From NCBI GenBank assembly GCA_963793265.1, contig CAWBZI010000006.1, positions 320,001 through 384,000 of the forward strand: DNA of 64,000 bases. Reading direction: 5' to 3'. The DNA is from an uncultured cyanobacterium. Its GTDB lineage: Bacteria; Cyanobacteriota; Cyanobacteriia; Phormidesmidales; Phormidesmidaceae. This document shows, piece after piece, positions 41,294 to 48,488 of this stretch (positions are counted from its first letter, which is position 1; each line of letters starts with the position of its first letter). Below the pieces are notes generated by a model, which saw only the letters and a list, made by a program, of their open reading frames with translations, was not told the origin of the DNA and did no database searches. The position numbers were made by a program, and so were the translations under genes.

Positions 41294-41974
41294 ATGGTAG
41301 CCACTCGTGATACAAAGCTGAGCTTACCTGCGCTAGAAAGCGGAGATCGGCTCACTCGTGACGAATTTGAAAGTCGTTATGAAGCAATGCCTACTCTCAA
41401 AAAAGCAGAGTTAATTGAAGGAGTGGTTTACTTGGGTTCTCCTGTTCGTGCTGGAAAACATGCTTTGCCCCATGGCAACATAATGACTTGGTTAGGTGTT
41501 TACGGCGTGTTTACGCCAGGTGTGAATGTCTACGACAATGCAACTGTTCGATTAGACGATGCTAACGAGCCTCAGCCAGATGCGCTATTGCGTATAGACG
41601 AAGAGAGAGGTGGCCGTTCCAGTATTAGCAGCGATGACTATATTGAGGGCGCACCAGAGCTAGCGGTAGAAATTGCAGGGAGTAGTGCTTCCTACGATTT
41701 GCATGATAAGAAAATGTCTTATCAGCGTAATGGTGTGCAGGAATACATTGTCTGGAATTCGGGAGAAAGAACGCTGAGCTGGTTCATTTTGCAATCTGGC
41801 GAATACGTAGCGCTAGCGCCCGACGAATCTGGAATTATCCGCAGCCAGGTTTTTCCCGGCCTATGGCTAAACGTGAATGCTTTTGTAGCCGGAGATCTCG
41901 TTCAGGTTTACGAGACTTTGCAAACCGGCCTAAGCGATCCATCCCATCAGGCCTTTGTTGATAAACTCCGATAA
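41294..41974 (+). CDS. Uma2/DUF820 PD-(D/E)xK putative endonuclease
   Basis: LESGDRLTRDEFE, AELIEGVV, EPQPDA, PELAVEIA, YQRNGVQEY, SQVFPGLWL. Confidence 0.92.
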   Translation: MVATRDTKLSLPALESGDRLTRDEFESRYEAMPTLKKAELIEGVVYLGSPVRAGKHALPHGNIMTWLGVYGVFTPGVNVYDNATVRLDDANEPQPDALLRIDEERGGRSSISSDDYIEGAPELAVEIAGSSASYDLHDKKMSYQRNGVQEYIVWNSGERTLSWFILQSGEYVALAPDESGIIRSQVFPGLWLNVNAFVAGDLVQVYETLQTGLSDPSHQAFVDKLR

Positions 41975-42051
41975 AGGATGTGCATCCAAACAACATACCG
42001 TCTACAACGATTTCACCATAGGCCCGCAGCGCACATCGCAATTCACCCTAA

Positions 42052-42111
42052 CGTAGGAGCGTAAGGCTTTACGCCCTCCGGCGCAACAACCCTTCGATCC
42101 GTCAGCAAACC
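42052..42111 (+). repeat. GTAG-type REP-like element (copy C)
   Basis: cgtaggagcgtaaggctttacgccctccg...ccttcgatccgtcagcaaacc. Confidence 0.6.
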
Positions 42112-42146
42112 CTCCTCCGTATATTCAACAATCCCTAACAAAACAA

Positions 42147-42176
42147 TTGACACAACAGAAAGTATCCTGATACGCT
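42147..42176 (+). promoter_or_regulatory. Sigma70-type promoter
   Basis: TTGACA (42147-52), 18-nt spacer, TGa-TACGCT extended -10 (42171-76). Confidence 0.65.
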
Positions 42177-42182
42177 ACTTAG

Positions 42183-42354
42183 CAAGGCATTACTCCAAGT
42201 AATCGCCGCCCGCCCGAAAAATTAGCCGTTGTCGGCGTTGGATTAGGCCCCAACACCGACAACTAACCTCAAAACTGACACTAGACAGTTCAGAGGCTAT
42301 TGGCATCATGCCATAGCCACCCTGACTCCTGGCAAGTTAGAGTGGCTTTTTTTT
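42183..42354 (+). ncRNA. Putative structured leader/sRNA ending in an intrinsic terminator
   Basis: Five pairable hairpins between the promoter and a GC stem + T8 terminator (42315-42354). Confidence 0.6.
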
Positions 42355-42388
42355 CGTGGCTTTCTTCCCCTACTCACCGGAGAAACCC

Positions 42389-42679
42389 ATGAAACCCCTA
42401 TCATTCCTCAGCGATCAGCCCACTGGTCGCACAGCTCAACACGCCCAAAACGCCCCCACGCTCCTCACCGCCCTCACGCCTCACGGCACCCCTCAACGCG
42501 AACCCATCCGCCACATCCTACTAGGCTCCCCCGCCGCCGTTCGCCAAACCATCCACACCTCGCACATCCTACATTACGCCGAAACCGTTCTGTGGAGCCC
42601 CATTATGGCTACTGAAGAACAGCTAATTATTACGCCTGCCCAAGGTGAGGCAATGAGTCTTTTGCGAAAATACTTGTAG
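42389..42679 (+). CDS. Small cyanobacterial hypothetical protein
   Basis: GGAGA RBS. REPIRHILLGSPAAVRQTIH..H...YAE...WSP...GEAMSLL resembles a multicopy cyanobacterial family. Confidence 0.75.
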   Translation: MKPLSFLSDQPTGRTAQHAQNAPTLLTALTPHGTPQREPIRHILLGSPAAVRQTIHTSHILHYAETVLWSPIMATEEQLIITPAQGEAMSLLRKYL

Positions 42680-42725
42680 ATTCTGCTTCTAGCGGTAATA
42701 ATTTAGATCTAAATTATTGTTGTTT

Positions 42726-42752
42726 AGGGCACGAAGTATAGTTTCGTGCCCT
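42726..42752. terminator. Hairpin between convergent genes (REP-like/terminator)
   Basis: agggcacgaa-gtatagt-ttcgtgccct. Confidence 0.65.
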
Positions 42753-42770
42753 CTTGTTATGCTGTTGTTT

Positions 42771-43583
42771 CTAAATATCGGAATTATTTGCGCTTTCAGA
42801 GTCTTCTGCCTTCTCGTATTGAACGCCAAGGCTACCATCCTCACTAATCACGATGCTTCCGCCTAATTCCTCTATTTTTTTAATTGCTCGAATGCGAGTA
42901 TCTTTATCTAGTGCCGTAGTTAGTAAGCTACTCCAAGCGTCTATCTGTGCAACCCGGCTATTGGGATTATCTGCCAAGAAGTCAGCGGTTCTACGTGACT
43001 GTATGGCAATTTGCTCAGAGCCAGGAGCTTTTGATTGCGCTGCCCAGTCTGCTGCCGTACCGAACGATGCTTGTGCGGCTTTATTATCGCCCAAAAATAA
43101 AAGCTCATCTACGGCTTTATATCGCCAAACGTAATAGCTATCAGGGGGTTGATTTGGACTCAGATTAGAAAGTCCCGATGCCGTTATCTCAACAGACCTG
43201 TCTGGTCTGCCAGCATACAAAGTGCTGCTACCCGAAAGGAAAATATAAAAGTCTCGATAGTAAGGATCTTGACTAATCAGAGCCTCAAAAAAATCCGGGC
43301 TTTTAGCATAGCCAAATTGTTTGCGAGCATCATCATCACCAAAGTACTGCAAAAACTGAATAAACACAGTATTAGCGACAACATTCCTAAATCCTATACT
43401 TGGTGAGTGCCGCACAAGCTCTAAACTCGCACTCAGTTCTTCTCCACTGCTATCTATTTGTGCCTGAGCACTGTTTGTAGAGCGCGCTTTGAGATCGGCC
43501 TTTTCTATAAATTGCGAACCCACAACTGTTGCGCCCAAAATGGCTGCTGTTGCTAACCTTAGAAAAATGTTGGTAGATATCAT
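42771..43583 (-). CDS. Pilin-locus accessory protein (Sll1696 / Myxococcus PilG-like)
   Basis: N-terminal TM, GFRNVVAN..FIQFLQYFGDDDAR...DPYY, helical repeats. Directly downstream of two pilins. Confidence 0.6.
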   Translation of the reverse strand: MISTNIFLRLATAAILGATVVGSQFIEKADLKARSTNSAQAQIDSSGEELSASLELVRHSPSIGFRNVVANTVFIQFLQYFGDDDARKQFGYAKSPDFFEALISQDPYYRDFYIFLSGSSTLYAGRPDRSVEITASGLSNLSPNQPPDSYYVWRYKAVDELLFLGDNKAAQASFGTAADWAAQSKAPGSEQIAIQSRRTADFLADNPNSRVAQIDAWSSLLTTALDKDTRIRAIKKIEELGGSIVISEDGSLGVQYEKAEDSESANNSDI

Positions 43584-43667
43584 GGCACGATAAACCTCTC
43601 AGCTCTTGTCAGGAGGCAATTTTATTACTTAGTCTATAGTCTGTTGTTATATTCTTGACAACTGAAC

Positions 43668-44249
43668 TTACTTTACTGTTCGATAAACGGATGCATCGCA
43701 AGCGGGTGGCCCAGCAAGAGCTGATTCAAGATTGTTAGGTTCTAATATCGTTCCATCTTCACCAGAGACAAAAGGCGGAGTTAATGCTTCACAGATAACA
43801 GATAAAGTACTTGCTTCCCCAGTGCCGCTATGCCTTCCTGCTTTGACACCGCCTAGATATGCTAAAGCGCCCGACTGTAAACCGGGTACGTTGCTGAAGC
43901 TTCCGTCACTTGGAATCGCTCTATTAACAACGCTATTGCCAGCCGCGCTACCCACACTTATTCGATAAATATAATTAGCTGTTTCAGATGAAATGCCAAG
44001 ACCTAGCTCTCCAGCATCTACTGTGAAGCTTCCCTGCTCCATATACTCTGCTTGCTGCGCACGATTCATTGAGCCGATATACGTTTTAGCTTCTGTTTGC
44101 CTAGCTTTGTTAGCCTGGCTTAAAAAAGAAGGTAGTGAGATCGCAGATAAAATTCCTATAACAATGATAACCATCAGGAGTTCAAGAATGGTGTATCCCT
44201 GATTGTTATTCCTTTTCCTCCTTTTTACATACTCATAATCAATCATCAT
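43668..44249 (-). CDS. Type IV pilin-like protein (pilin G/H type, PilA2-like)
   Basis: Class III signal QG|YTILELLMVIIVIGILSAISLPSFL, EAKTYIGSMNRAQQA, C-terminal Cys pair. Confidence 0.9.
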   Translation of the reverse strand: MMIDYEYVKRRKRNNNQGYTILELLMVIIVIGILSAISLPSFLSQANKARQTEAKTYIGSMNRAQQAEYMEQGSFTVDAGELGLGISSETANYIYRISVGSAAGNSVVNRAIPSDGSFSNVPGLQSGALAYLGGVKAGRHSGTGEASTLSVICEALTPPFVSGEDGTILEPNNLESALAGPPACDASVYRTVK

Positions 44250-44294
44250 GAAACTCTACGAAACTGCTAGGACTTATGTCTTCTGAGTCTTAAA

Positions 44295-44337
44295 CAAGCA
44301 AAGGGAAGCGAGATATGACATCACTTCCCTTTGCTTG
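44295..44337 (-). terminator. Hairpin between the two pilin genes
   Basis: caagcaaagggaag...cttccctttgcttg inverted repeat. Confidence 0.75.
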
Positions 44338-44404
44338 CTCTTACTTATTATCTGCGCTTGCTAAACGCAAGCAACAGAAGCAGACGCTCTATGTATCAGC
44401 ACAA

Positions 44405-45067
44405 TTACTGAATTGCCTTAAAACCAGCACCACACTCAGGAGCACCTGCAGCACTGGCCAGTAGGCTGGCTGGTGCTGGTGTAACAGCATACATTCCAGG
44501 TGTTGGGTTTGAAATAGGAGGCGTGAGTGCTTCACACAAAGTTGCGAGAGTCGTTGCATCGCCAGCTGTAGCAGTAGTCACACCAATTTTTACAGTACCA
44601 AAGTACTGCTTAACGGAAGCGGCGGGATCAGGATCACCCACGGCACCTGTAGCCGGGGTGAGGCCAACGGAAGGCGTAGCAGTGTTGTTAACCGCACTGC
44701 TTCCAGCAGCAAGGCCAGTGATCCCGCCGATTGCATAGCTGTAGTTCTCTGTCTCAGGCGTAATTCCTAAACCTAAAGCCGAAAAAGCAAGTGCATCAGT
44801 AGTAAGGCTAGCATCTGAACCGTTAAAAGCGAAGTTTCCGTTCTCTAAGTAGTAAGCTTGCTGAGCACGGTTCATAGAACCAATGTAAGTCTTAGCTTCA
44901 GACTGCTTAGCTTTGTTAGCCTGGTTCAAGAAGGAAGGCAGTGCAATCGCCGACAGAATACCGATGATGATAATTACAACAAGAAGCTCAATGAGAGTAA
45001 AACCGCCGTCAGCCTTTTTCTTTGCTGCGAAGTGCTGAAGCAATTTTGCCTTAATTTGAGTTGTCAT
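44405..45067 (-). CDS. pilA: Major type IV pilin (PilA1-like)
   Basis: GG|FTLIELLVVIIIIGILSAIALPSFLNQANKAKQSEAK, C-terminal Cys pair, first gene of the locus. Confidence 0.88.
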   Translation of the reverse strand: MTTQIKAKLLQHFAAKKKADGGFTLIELLVVIIIIGILSAIALPSFLNQANKAKQSEAKTYIGSMNRAQQAYYLENGNFAFNGSDASLTTDALAFSALGLGITPETENYSYAIGGITGLAAGSSAVNNTATPSVGLTPATGAVGDPDPAASVKQYFGTVKIGVTTATAGDATTLATLCEALTPPISNPTPGMYAVTPAPASLLASAAGAPECGAGFKAIQ

Positions 45068-45129
45068 GGAAGGTGTCTCCGTGATGTTTTGAGGTAGGTT
45101 CGTGTGTTTAATGAAATCAAGCTAGCCAG

Positions 45130-45136
45130 CTTACCA
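45130..45136 (-). promoter_or_regulatory. Putative SigF-type -10 element for pilA
   Basis: Minus strand TGGTAAG about 63 nt upstream of the ATG. The Synechocystis SigF element is GGGTAAG-like. Confidence 0.45.
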
Positions 45137-45425
45137 AAAAGAGAAATCAAAAAGCTTGAAACCCTCTCAGCGCTTAGCGTTTACTTGCTTTCCGCTCCGA
45201 ACTTAAGTTGCCCGCCAACATTTCTTGAACAGTCAGCCTATTTACACAAGGAGCCACCCACAAATCTCTCACTTATCCGTACTTTGCCGGTACCTTCTCC
45301 CCGACCATCCACTCAAACCACCGCCAACATCCCCCTGCAACCCTATAATGCCCTCTCACTAATCAAAATAACTTGCTAACAAAAACTTCTGTTGTTTTAT
45401 AAATAACTCTCAGGAGAGAGCACAG

Positions 45426-46199
45426 CTACGACAAATCCTCTGGGTCAATCCCCTGCGCCCTCAAAACCTCCTCCAACCGTTCCCTTCGCAGCCGCTCCTC
45501 CTGCAATAGCGACTCTGCCTGATCTGCTCGCAACTGCTCCTGATCCGCTCGCGATCGCGCCTGATCTGCTCGCAACCGCGCCTGCTCCTCCCCACTAAAA
45601 TGCCGGACGCCTTGCTCGTTATACCAGGCCATCATCTCCATTTGTACATTCCCAAACTGCCCCTGATACCGCCCTATCCCCAGCCCAACCTCCGGCATCC
45701 AATAAGGCTCACCCTGCTGTAGCTGGTAGTGCCCTTCTTCTAACCTATACACCTCAAACGGCTGGTGCCCATCCCGCTGCCAAAAGCTCTGATTATAGAC
45801 AACGTAATACAGCACCCCCAGCTCAGCATAAAGGCTCATACCCTCATCGTATTCTCCTCTAGGAATATGAGAAACCATCTCCAAAACCAGCACAGGCCGA
45901 ACATCATCATTCTCCCAGGTTGCATAGCTCCCTCTATCTTCCGGCTCCCGCCGCCGATCCACACCCACACACAAAAACGCCTCAGGCACCGCTGGCACTC
46001 TCACATCAATCCCTGTCGTATGATAAATCGCCATCTTCACCCCAAAATACCAATCCATCCGCTTCCCCCATAAATCTAGAAGCGAAAACCTCAGCAAATT
46101 AGGCAACAGATTATGCAGCTCATTATCTACCGGCCTACCATCCGAATAAGGCAGCTCAGTCGTACTCGGCAAATCCTGACAACGATAGGCAGATGACAT
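45426..46199 (-). CDS. Uma2/DUF820 protein with C-terminal heptad repeats
   Basis: ELPYSDGRPVDNELH, LVLEMVS, YAELGVLYYVVY, (RADQxxx)3 tail, LRAQGIDP. Confidence 0.88.
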   Translation of the reverse strand: MSSAYRCQDLPSTTELPYSDGRPVDNELHNLLPNLLRFSLLDLWGKRMDWYFGVKMAIYHTTGIDVRVPAVPEAFLCVGVDRRREPEDRGSYATWENDDVRPVLVLEMVSHIPRGEYDEGMSLYAELGVLYYVVYNQSFWQRDGHQPFEVYRLEEGHYQLQQGEPYWMPEVGLGIGRYQGQFGNVQMEMMAWYNEQGVRHFSGEEQARLRADQARSRADQEQLRADQAESLLQEERLRRERLEEVLRAQGIDPEDLS

Positions 46200-46329
46200 C
46201 GCAAACCCTTAAAAAGCTATGCTTATTCTGTATGAGTCAACTATCACAAACGAATTCATCTCTATTAGCGTTCTCAAAGCTTGCGCTACTGATATAGTCA
46301 ATACCAGTAGTACCAATCAAAGGCGGACA

Positions 46330-46566
46330 ATGGATACTTCTCTTCTGAAAAGAATCACCATAGACTCAGAAATATGCCACGGGAAACCTTGTGTCCGTGG
46401 ATTACGCTATCCGGTAGAATTTCTTTTGGAACTGCTCAGCTCTGGAATGACACACGATGAAATACTGTCAGACTATGACGACTTAGAAAATGCAGACATC
46501 TTGGCTGTACTGCTATTTGCGACACGACTCAGCCAAGTCAAAAGCTTACATAAACTTGCCTCATGA
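46330..46566 (+). CDS. DUF433 putative antitoxin
   Basis: RITIDSEICHGKPCVRGLRYPVEFLLELLSSGMTHDEILSDY. Confidence 0.9.
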   Translation: MDTSLLKRITIDSEICHGKPCVRGLRYPVEFLLELLSSGMTHDEILSDYDDLENADILAVLLFATRLSQVKSLHKLAS

Positions 46567-46916
46567 AGTTTATCGTTGATGCCCAATTACCAAAGCGATT
46601 GGCATATCTTATTCAAAGCGAAGGCTACGATTGTCTTCACACCCAAGACCTAATTCAGGGCAATGCAACTTCAGACGCCGATATCAACACGCTCTCTCTC
46701 GAAGAAGAAAGAATCGTCATCACTAAAGATGCTGATTTCGTACAGTCCTTCTTATTACAGCAAAAACCGTACAAGCTGCTCTTAGTTGCTACAGGCAATA
46801 TCAAAAACTCAGAACTTGAAAAGATCTTTAAAGATAATCTGCAACAGGTAGCAACGCTACTTGAATTACACGATTATATTGAACTTGGTCGAGACGAAAT
46901 CTTCATCCACCAGTAA
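46563..46916 (+). CDS. DUF5615 PIN-like putative toxin
   Basis: MKFIVDAQLP, TSDADI, RIVITKDADF, TGNI. ATGA overlap. Confidence 0.9.
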   Translation: MKFIVDAQLPKRLAYLIQSEGYDCLHTQDLIQGNATSDADINTLSLEEERIVITKDADFVQSFLLQQKPYKLLLVATGNIKNSELEKIFKDNLQQVATLLELHDYIELGRDEIFIHQ

Positions 46917-46933
46917 ATAACACCTCACCCTCC

Positions 46934-48409
46934 TCAAAAATTCTCTAATCCCTCAAACTTACCACCTGCCCCATGCGCCGACTCTCCACAAGTCCTCGGC
47001 GTCGGAAAAATCTTCGTCGGATTCGCCAGGCCCTTCTTATTCACCGCCCCCCGCACCCACTGCATCGTCTCCAAATCTGTTGCACTAAACATATTTGGCA
47101 TATAGCACCGCTTATCCGCCCCAATCCCATGCTCACCCGAAATACTCCCCCCCACGCTCACACACAGCTTCAAAATATCTCCCCCCAAAGCCTCCACTTC
47201 CTCTAGCTGCCCCGGAATATTGTTGTTATACAAAATCAGCGGATGCAAATTCCCATCCCCCGCATGAAACACATTCGCCACCCGATACCCGTGTTTGTGG
47301 CCAAGCTGTTCTATCTCCTGCAACACCTCCGGCAGCCGGGTTCTCGGAATCACCCCGTCCTGCACATAATAATCAGGGCTCAGCTTCCCCATCGCCGCAA
47401 ACGCCGCCTTTCTCCCCTTCCACAGCCGTAGCCGCTCAGCCTCATCTGTTGCAATCGTGAGCTGCCGCGCCCCGTTCTTATTACAAAAGGTCGCGATCGC
47501 CTCAGCACTCGCCGCCACCTCAGCCGGAGCCCCATCTATCTCAATCAACAATATCGCCACCGCATCACGCGGGTAGCAGTTCGTCGCCACCACATCTTCC
47601 ACCGCATTCAAACTAAAGTTGTCCATCATCTCCAGCCCCGCCGGAATAATCCCCGCGCCAATGATGTCCGACACCGTTTCGCCCGCCGCCTCCACACTCG
47701 TAAAGTCAGCCAAAATCACCTGCACACACTCCGGCACCTTCAGCACCTTCAGCGTCACCTCAGTCGCAATCCCCAGCGTCCCTTCCGACCCCACAAAAAC
47801 GCCCGTCAGGTCATACCCTGGCATCTCCGGCAACGATCCACCGATTTCAACAATCTCACCATCCGGCAGCACCACCATCACACCCATCACGTGGTTCGTC
47901 GTCACCCCATACTTCAGACAGTGCACCCCACCCGAATTCTCAGCCACATTGCCCCCCACCGAGCAAGCCTGCTGGCTAGACGGATCGGGCGCATAGTAAA
48001 ACCCCGCCCCGCTCACCGCCTGCGTCACCCAGCCATTAATCACACCCGGCTGCACCACTACGCGCTGGTTGTCATAGTCAATATCCAAAACCTGCTGCAT
48101 ACAGGTCGTCACAATCAGCACGCACTCCTCAATCGGCAGCGCCCCGCCCGAAAGCCCAGTACCCGCCCCGCGCGTCACAAAAGGAATATCCTGCTCGTGG
48201 CACAGCTTCACCACCGCCGCCACCTCTTCAGTCGTGCGCGGCAACGTCACCACCGCTGGCCGCTGCCGATAGCTCGTAAGCCCATCGCACTCATACACCA
48301 GCAGCTCTTCTTTACGCCGCATTACTCTGTTTGCATCCAGCAGCGCTTCGAGCGATCGCACCACCGGATTCCAATCACGAGCAACAGGCCGAGCAACAAC
48401 AGCAACCAT
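46934..48409 (-). CDS. glcD: Glycolate oxidase/dehydrogenase FAD-linked subunit
   Basis: RGAGTGLSGGA, APDPSSQ, GSEGTLG, HAGDGNLHP, GEHGIG. Confidence 0.9.
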   Translation of the reverse strand: MVAVVARPVARDWNPVVRSLEALLDANRVMRRKEELLVYECDGLTSYRQRPAVVTLPRTTEEVAAVVKLCHEQDIPFVTRGAGTGLSGGALPIEECVLIVTTCMQQVLDIDYDNQRVVVQPGVINGWVTQAVSGAGFYYAPDPSSQQACSVGGNVAENSGGVHCLKYGVTTNHVMGVMVVLPDGEIVEIGGSLPEMPGYDLTGVFVGSEGTLGIATEVTLKVLKVPECVQVILADFTSVEAAGETVSDIIGAGIIPAGLEMMDNFSLNAVEDVVATNCYPRDAVAILLIEIDGAPAEVAASAEAIATFCNKNGARQLTIATDEAERLRLWKGRKAAFAAMGKLSPDYYVQDGVIPRTRLPEVLQEIEQLGHKHGYRVANVFHAGDGNLHPLILYNNNIPGQLEEVEALGGDILKLCVSVGGSISGEHGIGADKRCYMPNMFSATDLETMQWVRGAVNKKGLANPTKIFPTPRTCGESAHGAGGKFEGLENF

Positions 48410-48423
48410 AGTGAATCAAAAAG

Positions 48424-48459
48424 AAAAACACCCCTCGATCCTAACGCAGAAGGGTGTTT
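48424..48459 (-). terminator. Terminator after the cheA-like gene
   Basis: Minus strand aaacacccttc...gaggggtgttt-ttcttt. Confidence 0.65.
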
Positions 48460-48488
48460 CAATGCAGGCGCAGTTCTCTATGCTTAAA

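Noticed and set aside
41978..42064. 28-codon ORF after the first Uma2
   Set aside because: No recognisable motif, and it ends inside the REP-like hairpin.
45518..45580. 21-bp repeats as a CRISPR or DGR element
   Set aside because: They are in-frame coding heptads with no spacers, and there is no reverse transcriptase or cas gene in the window.
46219..46329. N-terminal extension of DUF433 given by the ORF track
   Set aside because: The family match begins at ATG 46330, and the upstream part looks like AT-rich promoter DNA.
46973..48487. Several Pro/His-rich plus-strand ORFs opposite glcD
   Set aside because: They arise from the C/A skew that removes stop codons, and they carry no family motifs.
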